Positions 29,843 through 39,214 of a DNA stretch of 64,000 nucleotides are shown in pieces; position 1 is the first letter of the stretch, and each line of letters begins with the position of its first letter. The stretch spans positions 7,484 to 71,483 of the forward strand of contig JALONP010000004.1 in the NCBI GenBank assembly GCA_025454875.1, given 5' to 3'. A program made the translations under genes and the position numbers. Below the pieces are notes generated by a model, which did no database searches, was not told where the DNA came from, and saw nothing but the letters and a program-made list of their open reading frames with translations. This DNA comes from Bacteroidia bacterium. GTDB lineage: Bacteria > Bacteroidota > Bacteroidia > UKL13-3.

Positions 29843-30451
29843 TTAGCTATGCTGGTACGGAACCCTTAATGCAATGCTTCGTCCAAGGGTAATTTCATCA
29901 GCGTATTCCAATTCGCCACCTATGGCAATTCCCCTTGAAATGGTGCTTACCCTCACTCCAGCATCTTTAAGCTTTTTTGAAATGTAAAACACCGTTGTAT
30001 CGCCTTCCATGGTTGCGCTTAAGGCCATAATCACTTCTTGTGTTTGTTCTTGCTGAACACGTAACAACAATGAAGCAATATTGAGTGTATCTGGACCAAC
30101 GCCATTCATTGGCGAAATCAAACCTCCAATAATATGGTACGTTCCTGTAAATTGGTTTGTATTTTCTATTGCAATTACATCGCGCAAATCTTCAACCACA
30201 CAAATGAGTTGCTGGTCTCTTTTTGGATTTGCACAAATATTACAGCGACTAGAATCGCTTACATTCCCACAACGCTCACAATATTGAATCTGTGTGCGTA
30301 GTTTGATGATTGCTTCTCCTAACTTGATGCCCTCATGCTCCTTCTGCTTGAGTAAATGCAATACCATACGCATAGCAGATTTTTTACCAACTCCTGGAAA
30401 CTTTGAAAGTTCGTTAACTGCTTCTTCAATCAATACTGACGGATAATTCAT
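29843..30451 (-). CDS. recR: Recombination protein RecR.
   Basis: HhH 'LSKFPGVGKKSAMRM', C4 zinc finger 'CERCGN...CNIC', Toprim domain. 202 aa. Confidence 0.9.
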   Translation of the reverse strand: MNYPSVLIEEAVNELSKFPGVGKKSAMRMVLHLLKQKEHEGIKLGEAIIKLRTQIQYCERCGNVSDSSRCNICANPKRDQQLICVVEDLRDVIAIENTNQFTGTYHIIGGLISPMNGVGPDTLNIASLLLRVQQEQTQEVIMALSATMEGDTTVFYISKKLKDAGVRVSTISRGIAIGGELEYADEITLGRSIALRVPYQHS

Positions 30452-30559
30452 ACCACAACAAAAGTAACTTTTTGCCAGTGTCTAATTTCACAAAATACAA
30501 ACATCATTGTGGCAAACTATTTTAATTTTGGTACGTATGGGCAGTTACTTTTGTTTTGA

Positions 30560-32008
30560 ATGTCACCAATCATTTTACTTACCTGCATTGCCCTTTATTT
30601 TTTAATACTGTTGGGAGTAGCAATGTACACTGCCCGAGGCAGTAACAACGAAACTTTTTTTATCGGCAATAAAAACAGCCATTGGATGTTGGTTGCTTTT
30701 GGTATGATAGGCACCTCATTAAGTGGTGTAACCTTCGTGTCGGTTCCTGGTACTGTGGGATTTAACCAGTTCACCTATTTTCAAGTAGTAATAGGGTATT
30801 TTATAGGCTATTTTGTTGTTGCTTACGTATTGCTTCCGCTTTATTATCGCTTACAACTCACCTCTATTTACCACTATTTGCAACACCGTTTTGGAATAAA
30901 AAGTTACAAAACAGGAGCCTTGTTTTTTATCGCTTCACGCACACTGGGTGCTACCTTAAGGCTGTATCTTGTAATTAATGTGATGCAACTTTTTATTCTC
31001 GATGCCTTTGGAGTTCCATTCGCAGCTACTGCCTTGCTCATCCTTATTATGATTTTGCTTTATACGTTTAAAGGTGGTGTTAAAACAATTGTATGGACCG
31101 ACACCCTTCAAACTTTTTTTATGTTGCTGGCTCTTGTGGTATGTGTTGGATACATAATGAACGATTTGGGGCTATCAGTTTCAGAAACCATCAACCAACT
31201 TCAGCAATCGGGTTATTCAACGATGCTTGTTACGGATGCTTGGGATAAGCGATTTTTTATCAAACAAATTGTTGGTGGTGCATTTATTACCATTAGCATG
31301 ACAGGCCTCGACCAAGAGATGATGCAAAAAAATATTAGTGTGAAAAAGTTGGGCGACTCACAAAAAAACATGCTCACGTTTAGTAGTGTGATGGTATTGG
31401 TAAACCTGCTCTTTTTGTTATTAGGTGGATTGCTTTATTTGTATGCGTCAAACAAAGGGTTGTTGGTAAAAGGAGACGACTTGTTCCCAACCATTGCTCT
31501 TCAATATTTGCCACCCACTATTTCGCTCATTTTTATCATCGGACTCATTTCTGCATTGTTTCCAAGTGCTGATGGGGCAATCACCGCACTTACCTCTTCA
31601 TTTTGCATCGATATTTTAGGTTTGCAACGAAACAAGACCCTTTCCGAAAACCAACAATCCAAAATCCGAATGAGGGTTCATCTTACCTTTGCAGTGGTAT
31701 TTTTGCTATTTGTACTTTATTTTAAGTGGCTTGACAATAAATCAATCATCGGCATCCTGTTGGATATTGCAGGATATACGTATGGACCTCTGCTAGGCTT
31801 GTTTGCTTTTGGCATCCTTACCAAAAGGCACTTAAATGATGATGCTGCCCCTTGGATCTGTTTGGCTTCACCGATTATTTGTTATTGGTTTCAACAACAA
31901 TCGGCAAACCTTTTATCTGGATATCAGTTCGGAATCGAAATGTTAATTGTAAATGGCTTGCTTACGTTTACTGGGTTGTGGGCCATTAGCAAAAAAGCCA
32001 CAACCTAA
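30560..32008 (+). CDS. Sodium:solute symporter family transporter.
   Basis: 482 aa with about 13 TM helices and typical SSS features. Confidence 0.75.
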   Translation: MSPIILLTCIALYFLILLGVAMYTARGSNNETFFIGNKNSHWMLVAFGMIGTSLSGVTFVSVPGTVGFNQFTYFQVVIGYFIGYFVVAYVLLPLYYRLQLTSIYHYLQHRFGIKSYKTGALFFIASRTLGATLRLYLVINVMQLFILDAFGVPFAATALLILIMILLYTFKGGVKTIVWTDTLQTFFMLLALVVCVGYIMNDLGLSVSETINQLQQSGYSTMLVTDAWDKRFFIKQIVGGAFITISMTGLDQEMMQKNISVKKLGDSQKNMLTFSSVMVLVNLLFLLLGGLLYLYASNKGLLVKGDDLFPTIALQYLPPTISLIFIIGLISALFPSADGAITALTSSFCIDILGLQRNKTLSENQQSKIRMRVHLTFAVVFLLFVLYFKWLDNKSIIGILLDIAGYTYGPLLGLFAFGILTKRHLNDDAAPWICLASPIICYWFQQQSANLLSGYQFGIEMLIVNGLLTFTGLWAISKKATT

Positions 32009-32079
32009 ACGTGAACAAATTGCGTATTGAGTAAGATTCTCTTTTCGTATAATTGGCCACATAAAACTAAATTCAATCA

Positions 32080-32850
32080 ATGAAAAGAACGGCATTAATC
32101 ACTGGAAGTACCAGTGGCATTGGTCTCGCGATAGCACAAACATTGGCGGCAAAAGGATACAATATTGCGTTTAATGGCCTTGAGGCGAATGGGGAAGCAA
32201 TTGCCAAACAAACTGCAGAAACATATGGGATTGACTACCTGTTTTCGCCATGCAATGTGCTCGACCCTGAACAAATAACAGCTTTTGTGAACCAAACACT
32301 GGAGCGTTTTGGTGCTATTGATGTATTGGTGAACAATGCAGGTATTCAACATGTATCACCTGTACAAGATTTTCCGCTCGAAAAATGGAATCAAATTATT
32401 GGTATTAACCTTACTGCACCTTTCTTATTTACAAAGGCTGTATGGCCATCAATGAAAAAACAAACATTTGGCCGCATCATCAATATTGCATCCGCACATG
32501 GTTTGGTTGCGTCTGAATACAAATCGGCTTATGTAGCCAGCAAACACGGCATCATTGGATTTACCAAAACAACTGCACTTGAAGGTGCTCCATACAATAT
32601 TACGGTAAATGCCGTGTGCCCAGGTTATGTTCATACACCCATTGTTGAAAACCAAATTGCTGACCAAATGCAGGCACATCAACTAAGCAGAGAAGAAGTG
32701 ATTCAAAAAGTAATGTTGGCAAAACAAGCCATTAAGTCTTTTATTCCTATTGAGCTTATTGCCAACTCGGTTGCATTTTTGGCAGCTGACGAAACAACAA
32801 CCATTACCGGAATAGCATTACCAGTGGAGGGCGGATGGACAGCGCAGTAA
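32080..32850 (+). CDS. bdhA: 3-hydroxybutyrate dehydrogenase (short-chain dehydrogenase/reductase).
   Basis: 'ALITGSTSGIGLAIA' cofactor motif typical of BdhA, 'NNAG', catalytic 'YVASKHG'. 256 aa. Confidence 0.7.
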   Translation: MKRTALITGSTSGIGLAIAQTLAAKGYNIAFNGLEANGEAIAKQTAETYGIDYLFSPCNVLDPEQITAFVNQTLERFGAIDVLVNNAGIQHVSPVQDFPLEKWNQIIGINLTAPFLFTKAVWPSMKKQTFGRIINIASAHGLVASEYKSAYVASKHGIIGFTKTTALEGAPYNITVNAVCPGYVHTPIVENQIADQMQAHQLSREEVIQKVMLAKQAIKSFIPIELIANSVAFLAADETTTITGIALPVEGGWTAQ

Positions 32851-33698
32851 AACATAAACTACCACATAGCCATTTTGCAAACGTGAATGGCATACGGTTG
32901 CATTATATTAAATACCCAAACCATGGCAAACAAACATTGTTGTTGTTGCATGGACTTACCGCCAATTGCCGCGCTTTTGAGGGGCTTATTAGCCATGGAC
33001 TTCATAATCAATACTGCATTGTATCGGTTGATTTACGTGGACGCGGCTTGAGCACTCACCCCATTTTTGGCTATACCATTAAAGCACATGCCAAAGATAT
33101 TGTTGAGTTACTAAGGGAACTCAAATTGGAGCAAGTGGTTTTGGTTGGCCACTCGTATGGCGGATTGTTATCATCTTACTTATGTTACCATTATCCGCAA
33201 CATTTTTCGAAAGTTGTGTTTCTAGACGCTGCACCCGAAATGAATCCGCGCACAAGCGAAATGCTTCAACCTGCATTTAGCCGACTTGATAAACGTTATC
33301 CAAGTAAAGAAGCCTATTTTGACATGCTTAAAAAAGCTCCTTATATGGAGTTTTGGGATGCAGACATGGAAGTATATTATGATGCAGATATTGAAGTGTT
33401 TGAAGATGGAAGCGTAGAACCACGACCAGATTTAGCACAAATCTTACAGGTAGCGTTGGATGTAGGTATTTCACCTATCGGTAAATATTTTAAAGGACTG
33501 AAACAGCCCGCGTTGTTGGTGTGTGCTACTGAGAATTATAACTTGAACGAACCCATCTTACCTGGATACCTAGCCGAAAAAGCGGTTAACAATATGCAAA
33601 ATGCTTCGGTTGAATACGTACCGGCAAATCACCACACAATGGTGTATGGAAACTATGCCGCTCAAGTGGTTCAAATGATTGAAACGTTTGTAGGGTAA
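32835..33698 (+). CDS. Alpha/beta-fold hydrolase. Its start overlaps the end of bdhA.
   Basis: 'LLLLHGLTAN' and the nucleophile elbow 'GHSYGG'. 287 aa. Confidence 0.72.
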   Translation: MDSAVKHKLPHSHFANVNGIRLHYIKYPNHGKQTLLLLHGLTANCRAFEGLISHGLHNQYCIVSVDLRGRGLSTHPIFGYTIKAHAKDIVELLRELKLEQVVLVGHSYGGLLSSYLCYHYPQHFSKVVFLDAAPEMNPRTSEMLQPAFSRLDKRYPSKEAYFDMLKKAPYMEFWDADMEVYYDADIEVFEDGSVEPRPDLAQILQVALDVGISPIGKYFKGLKQPALLVCATENYNLNEPILPGYLAEKAVNNMQNASVEYVPANHHTMVYGNYAAQVVQMIETFVG

Positions 33699-33700
33699 AT

Positions 33701-33732
33701 AAAAAACCCGAAGCAATATGCTTCGGGTTTTA
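33701..33732. terminator. Bidirectional intrinsic terminator between the convergent hydrolase and RNA-binding protein genes.
   Basis: 'aaaaaacccgaagcAATATgcttcgggtttt': a perfect 9-bp GC-rich stem flanked by an A-run and a T-run. Confidence 0.75.
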
Positions 33733-33756
33733 CCGTAAAGAGAAATATCTGAATGA

Positions 33757-34092
33757 TTAGTCTCTGTTAAATCTTCTGTCGCCACCGCGGTTAAAACCAC
33801 CACGATCACCACCACGGTTAAAACCGCCACCACGGTTACCAGCACCTTCCTCTTTAGGACGCGCTTCTGTAACTGTAATGTTTCTGTTTTTCATAGCAGT
33901 ACCGTTAAGTGCATTGATTGCGTTAGTTGCATCACCATCATTAGGCATTTCTACGAAACCGAAACCTTTGCTACGGCCAGTAAATTTATCTGTGATGATT
34001 TTTGCGGATGATACCTCACCATGTTGTGAGAATAAATCCTGAAGTTGTTGTTCATTGACTGCGTAGTCAAGATTTCCGATGTAAATGTTCAT
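33757..34092 (-). CDS. RRM-type RNA-binding protein with a C-terminal RGG/Gly-rich tail.
   Basis: RNP2 'IYIGNL', RNP1 'KGFGFVEM', tail 'GGGFNRGGDRGGFNRGGDRRFNRD'. Start taken at the internal Met. Confidence 0.8.
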   Translation of the reverse strand: MNIYIGNLDYAVNEQQLQDLFSQHGEVSSAKIITDKFTGRSKGFGFVEMPNDGDATNAINALNGTAMKNRNITVTEARPKEEGAGNRGGGFNRGGDRGGFNRGGDRRFNRD

Positions 34093-34239
34093 TGTAAAAA
34101 TATAAATACGCACCAAAGGTATATTAATATGTTGGTATTCAAAGTTTTTTCAAAATTATTTTAGCAAGCAGAAATGGTACGGGCAAAAAAAATCTGCAAT
34201 GAAGTTTTCATTGCAGATTATCTTATTTAGTTGAATTCG

Positions 34240-37191
34240 TTATTTAAGTGTGCGTTTCACTTCTACAATTTCATATGCCTCTACGTAATCACCCACTTGC
34301 AAGTCGTTAAAGTTTTTAATTCCCAATCCACACTCAAATCCATAACCCACTTCTTTTACATCATCTTTAAAACGCTTCAAGGATTCAAGTTCTCCATCGT
34401 GAATCACCACGCCTGAGCGGATAATGCGCACTTTTGAGTTGCGGAAAATCTTACCATCAGTAACGTAACATCCAGCAATGGTTCCAACCTTGGTAATTTT
34501 AAACACTTCACGTATTTCAACATTACCAGTAATTTTTTCTTCGGTGGTTGGAGCCAACATTCCTTCAATTGCCGCCTTAATTTCATTGATGGCATTATAG
34601 ATGATTGAATACATGCGAATATCAATCGATTCTGTTTCGGCCAATTTACGCGCCTGTGGCGAAGGTCTCACGTTAAATGCAACCATAATTGCATCCGATG
34701 CCGAAGCCAATAACACATCACTTTCCGAAATTTGACCTACACCTTTGTAAATTACACTTACTTGTACCTCTTCGGTCGAAAGTTTAATTAACGAATCGCT
34801 CAATGCTTCTACTGATCCATCCACATCTCCTTTTACAATTACCTTCAACTCCTTAAAGTTTCCAATAGCCAAACGTCTGCCAATCTCATCAAGGGTAATG
34901 TGTTTTTGGGTACGTATACCTTGCTCACGTTGCAATTGTGTGCGTTTGTTCGAAATCTCTTTTGCTTCTTGATCGTTTTTGGTAACAATAAATTTATCGC
35001 CTGCTTGTGGCGCTCCGTTAAACCCAAGGATTACAACTGGAGCAGATGGACCCGCCTCCATCATTTTCTTACCGCGCTCGTCAAACATCGCACGAACCTT
35101 TCCACTGTGAATACCAGCAAGAATTGGATCGCCAACGCGCATTGTACCTGATTGTACCATCAAAGTTACGGTTAATCCGCGGCCTTTATCTAAACTTGAT
35201 TCAATCACACTTCCAACGGCACGTTTATTTGGGTTGGCTTTTAGGTTTAAAATTTCTGCTTCAAGCAATACTTTTTCGAGCAAGGCATCAATGTTTAATC
35301 CTTTTTTAGCCGAAATCTCTTGACATTGGTATTTACCACCCCACTCTTCAACCAAAATATTCATGGCAGCAAGTTGCTCCCTAATTTTATCTGGGTTAGC
35401 CCCTTCACGGTCAATTTTGTTGATGGCAAATACAATGGGAACACCAGCTGCTTGGGCGTGGCTAATGGCTTCTTTGGTTTGTGGCATCACACTATCGTCA
35501 GCTGCAATTACAATGATTACTATATCTGTAATTTTTGCTCCACGTGCACGCATTGCTGTAAAGGCCTCGTGACCTGGTGTATCTAAGAATGTTACATGCT
35601 TACCATTGGCAAGTGTAACCTCGTACGCTCCAATATGCTGGGTAATTCCACCGGCTTCACCCGCAATTACATTGGCTTTACGTATATAATCAAGTAATGA
35701 TGTTTTACCGTGGTCAACGTGACCCATCACAGTTACAATTGGTGCGCGAGGCAACAAATCTTCTTCGCTATCAATTTCTTCTTCAACCTCTTCTTGCAAA
35801 TCGGCACTTACAAATTCTGTTTCAAATCCAAATTCTTCCGCAACAATTGCAATGGTTTCGGCATCTAAACGTTGGTTAATCGATACCATCAATCCCAAAG
35901 ACATACACGCAGAAATAATATTGGTAACAGGTACTTCCATTAACTGAGCCAACTCATTTGCAGTAACAAACTCTGTTACTTTAATTTTACGCTGACCTTC
36001 TAATTCAAGCGCTTCTTCCTCGCGCTTGTCAGCAGCCGCATCTCTTTTTTGTTTTCTGATTTTAGAGCGAACTGCACCAATATTTTGTGGCTTACTTCCT
36101 GGGTTTAACCTTGCGAGTGTTTCCTTTAATTTATCTTGAATTTGTTTTTCGGTAATTTCTTCTTTTACCTCTGGTGGTGCATTCCGGTCATTTTTACCTT
36201 TGTAATTTGGATTCGGGGTATAAGGGCGATTGCCTTGGGCAGGGCGGTTATTGCCAAAACGGTTGCCACCTTGGTTGGGTGCTCCTGTATTTGGGCGGTT
36301 ATTGCCTTGGCCTCCTACTGGGCGTTCACCTGGCTTGTACTCAAATTTTTTCGAATCTACATTGTCACTTCCAGCAACAAAATTGTTTCTTCTTCTTTTT
36401 TTCTTTCCAGCCAAACTTCCATCACTTGATGCAATGGGTGTTGGTTTTTTAGGTTGCTCAACCGGTAGCTCAATTTTACCCATCACCTTTAAGCCCGAAA
36501 GCTTTTCATAATTAGGGTCCATTACCTTTGGCGGTTCAGGATCAGCAGGTGGAGGCATCACTTCTGGCTCAACAACTGGTTCATGTATTGTTACTACTGG
36601 TTCTTCAGCTTTTACCTCTTCAACTTTTGTCTTTTTAGCTTTAGGTGTTTCTGTTACCGGTTTGGTTTCAGGAGACGCTTCTTCTTCTTTGGCTGCTGCT
36701 TTTTTACCTTTTGGCTTTTTAACAGCCTCCAAATCGATTTTGCCTATTACTTTAAGTTGTGGCTTTTCTTCTTCAGGTGCAGGCGGTGTTGGCGGAACAA
36801 CAACTTCCGGTTCAAGAGGGGTTACTTCCAGTTTAGGGGCTTGTTTTTCAGGCTTAGGAACGCTGATTTCTTTAGCAAGTCCTGATTTAATCAAAATACC
36901 ATCATCCTCTTCCTCATCGGCTACAGGTTCTTTGGCTTTTGGTGCCGATACCACAACCTCTTCCTTTTTTGTTGATTTGGCCTTGCTCATTTGCAAAGCT
37001 TCGTCTTTGGTTTTCTTATCGCTTTGAAAATCCTTTAACAAAACAGCATACTGTTCCTCTGTGATTTTGGCATTGGGGTTATTGTCCACTTTAAACCCTT
37101 TTTTAGAGAGGTGTTCAACGATGGTTCCAATACCTACGCCAATTTCTTTTACAACTTTGCTTATCCTAATATTTCCTGTGTTTTCGCTCAT
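34240..37191 (-). CDS. infB: Translation initiation factor IF-2.
   Basis: Low-complexity Pro/Glu/Lys-rich N-terminus, G-domain '[12 protein letters not shown]', 'DTPGH', 'NKID', and a C-terminal IF-2 beta-barrel. 983 aa. Confidence 0.95.
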   Translation of the reverse strand: MSENTGNIRISKVVKEIGVGIGTIVEHLSKKGFKVDNNPNAKITEEQYAVLLKDFQSDKKTKDEALQMSKAKSTKKEEVVVSAPKAKEPVADEEEDDGILIKSGLAKEISVPKPEKQAPKLEVTPLEPEVVVPPTPPAPEEEKPQLKVIGKIDLEAVKKPKGKKAAAKEEEASPETKPVTETPKAKKTKVEEVKAEEPVVTIHEPVVEPEVMPPPADPEPPKVMDPNYEKLSGLKVMGKIELPVEQPKKPTPIASSDGSLAGKKKRRRNNFVAGSDNVDSKKFEYKPGERPVGGQGNNRPNTGAPNQGGNRFGNNRPAQGNRPYTPNPNYKGKNDRNAPPEVKEEITEKQIQDKLKETLARLNPGSKPQNIGAVRSKIRKQKRDAAADKREEEALELEGQRKIKVTEFVTANELAQLMEVPVTNIISACMSLGLMVSINQRLDAETIAIVAEEFGFETEFVSADLQEEVEEEIDSEEDLLPRAPIVTVMGHVDHGKTSLLDYIRKANVIAGEAGGITQHIGAYEVTLANGKHVTFLDTPGHEAFTAMRARGAKITDIVIIVIAADDSVMPQTKEAISHAQAAGVPIVFAINKIDREGANPDKIREQLAAMNILVEEWGGKYQCQEISAKKGLNIDALLEKVLLEAEILNLKANPNKRAVGSVIESSLDKGRGLTVTLMVQSGTMRVGDPILAGIHSGKVRAMFDERGKKMMEAGPSAPVVILGFNGAPQAGDKFIVTKNDQEAKEISNKRTQLQREQGIRTQKHITLDEIGRRLAIGNFKELKVIVKGDVDGSVEALSDSLIKLSTEEVQVSVIYKGVGQISESDVLLASASDAIMVAFNVRPSPQARKLAETESIDIRMYSIIYNAINEIKAAIEGMLAPTTEEKITGNVEIREVFKITKVGTIAGCYVTDGKIFRNSKVRIIRSGVVIHDGELESLKRFKDDVKEVGYGFECGLGIKNFNDLQVGDYVEAYEIVEVKRTLK

Positions 37192-37256
37192 TCAGTTTGC
37201 GATATTACTTATAATTTACGAGTATATGGTTATGTAGGCCCTGATTTTAAAGCAGA

Positions 37257-38492
37257 TTATTCAAATTCGGCTTGCAAAATCTTTCTGATTTCAACTACCG
37301 TTTCTTCTTCCAACTCTGTTCTGCGAATCAATTCTTCGTTGGAAATGGCAAGCACGCTCTTAGCTGTGTCGCAACCAATTGCTTTAAGCTCATCCAAAAT
37401 CCAGCTATCAATTTCATCTGCAAATTCTTCCAAATCAATATCGCCTTCGTCTTCTTCATTTTCGCGGTACACGTCAATTTCTACACCAACCAACTTGCCC
37501 GCAAGTTTAATATTGTGACCACCTTTACCAATTGCCAACGAAACTTGATCAGGCTTAAGGTAAACAGCAGCACGTTTGCTTTCTGCTTCAATTTTAACGG
37601 ATGAAATTTTCGCTGGACTCAACGCGCGTTGAATAAGAAGTTGTGTATTGGCTGTATTGTTAATCACGTCAATGTTTTCATTGCGTAACTCACGTACAAT
37701 ACCGTGTATACGTGAGCCTTTCATGCCCACACATGCTCCAACCGGATCAATGCGATCATCATATGATTCAACAGCCACCTTGGCACGTTCACCTGGTTCA
37801 CGCACTATTTTTTTAATAGTAATAAGGCCATCAATAATCTCTGGAACTTCTTGCTCAAACAAACGTTCCAAGAACATAGGCGAAGTACGCGATAGAATAA
37901 TACGAGGTGAGCCATTGTACATTTCTACTTTAAGCACAACTGCGCGAATGCTATCCCCTTTTTTGTAATGATCAGCAGGAATCATTTCGTTTTTAGGCAA
38001 CAACAATTCATTTCCTTCATCGTCTAATACCATCAATTCTTTCTTCCAAACTTGGTATACCTCACCCACCACAATTTCGCCAACACGGTCCTTGTATTTT
38101 TTGTACAATTCGTCTTTTTCAAGTTCAAGCACTTTGCTCATCAATGTTTGGCGCGCAGCCAAAATTGCCCTTCTTCCAAAGCTCTCCAATTTAATTTCGG
38201 TAGAAACTTCTTCGTCAACCTCAAAATCGGGTTCAATTTTACGTGCATCACTCAATGAAATTTGTGCTCTTGGTTCCTCAACTTCCCCATCGTGCACAAT
38301 GGTTTGGCTTTGCCAAATTTCAAGGTCACCACTATTATCGTTAATAATCACCGAGAAGTTTTCGTCTGTCCCGTATTTTTTACGCAACATGCTGCGAAAT
38401 ACATCTTCCAATACCCGTTGCATGGTTGCACGGTCGATATTTTTGAACTCTTTAAACTCACTAAATGAGTCGATTAAACCTACGCTATGCAT
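37257..38492 (-). CDS. nusA: Transcription termination/antitermination factor NusA.
   Basis: N-terminal domain, S1, two KH domains ('GACVGMKGSRI'), 411 aa; between rimP and infB. Confidence 0.95.
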   Translation of the reverse strand: MHSVGLIDSFSEFKEFKNIDRATMQRVLEDVFRSMLRKKYGTDENFSVIINDNSGDLEIWQSQTIVHDGEVEEPRAQISLSDARKIEPDFEVDEEVSTEIKLESFGRRAILAARQTLMSKVLELEKDELYKKYKDRVGEIVVGEVYQVWKKELMVLDDEGNELLLPKNEMIPADHYKKGDSIRAVVLKVEMYNGSPRIILSRTSPMFLERLFEQEVPEIIDGLITIKKIVREPGERAKVAVESYDDRIDPVGACVGMKGSRIHGIVRELRNENIDVINNTANTQLLIQRALSPAKISSVKIEAESKRAAVYLKPDQVSLAIGKGGHNIKLAGKLVGVEIDVYRENEEDEGDIDLEEFADEIDSWILDELKAIGCDTAKSVLAISNEELIRRTELEEETVVEIRKILQAEFE

Positions 38493-38516
38493 AACTCTTA
38501 TCTATTTTATCTTAAT

Positions 38517-38975
38517 TTATTTAAAACTTATTTGAACATTGGCTTGTACAATTTCGGTAAATGAAACCGCTTTTTCCGTTGCTTCTTTATAACCTTTCTT
38601 CTTGTCTTTTAACAACAATACAACCCCATCTTCGGCTACGCGCTCCAATTTACCTAACAACTCATTTTGACCTGTAAGTTTAACAAGCAACTCACGGCCA
38701 ATATGCTGGTGGTATTGGCGAGTGCTTACAAGAGGCCGATCAACACCAGGTGAAGAAACCTCAAACATGTATGCTTCAGAGCCGTAATCTGCTTCATCCA
38801 ATTTGGCATTTAGCGATTTGGCTAGTTGACGGCAATCTTCAATCGACACTCCTTTGTCTCCATCAATAAACACGCTTATCTTTTTACTACCCGCCTTTTG
38901 CTCAACACCCACCAAAAATAGGTGTTCAGGCAATGCAGCAGTGGTCCAATTGGTTAATGTTGTTATGATATCCAT
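38517..38975 (-). CDS. rimP: Ribosome maturation factor RimP.
   Basis: '...YMFEVSSPGVDRPL...' RimP signature; in the conserved position before nusA. 152 aa. Confidence 0.85.
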   Translation of the reverse strand: MDIITTLTNWTTAALPEHLFLVGVEQKAGSKKISVFIDGDKGVSIEDCRQLAKSLNAKLDEADYGSEAYMFEVSSPGVDRPLVSTRQYHQHIGRELLVKLTGQNELLGKLERVAEDGVVLLLKDKKKGYKEATEKAVSFTEIVQANVQISFK

Positions 38976-38986
38976 AGTATAAACAA

Positions 38987-39009
38987 AGAGGGGACTTGCG
39001 GTCCCCTCT
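38987..39009 (-). promoter_or_regulatory. GC-rich hairpin plus U-tract in the 5' leader of rimP-nusA-infB; a candidate attenuator.
   Basis: On the minus strand: 'agaggggaccgcaagtcccctct' (8-bp stem) followed by 'ttgtttat', ending about 12 nt before the rimP ATG. Confidence 0.4.
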
Positions 39010-39214
39010 TATAAGCAATCGATAAAATCGGTGACAAATATAATACTAACTCTTGAATACGCAAACTTTCGAATTTTCTTAAAAAATACTGAATCGCATT
39101 CGAGTACACAACACTTCTGTAAGTTGTATCGTTTGCAATGGCGGCAGATACATTTGGTTAATTAGCTTGAGCATCTATATTTGCTAACCTTTAATCAAAC
39201 GAAAACAGAACAGA

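Noticed and set aside
36136-37027. Cluster of plus-strand ORFs (97, 92, 93, 100 and 121 aa) with Gly/Leu/Phe-rich repetitive translations.
   Set aside because: They are antisense to the low-complexity Pro/Glu/Lys-rich N-terminal region of infB. Their periodicity is inherited from the infB repeats.
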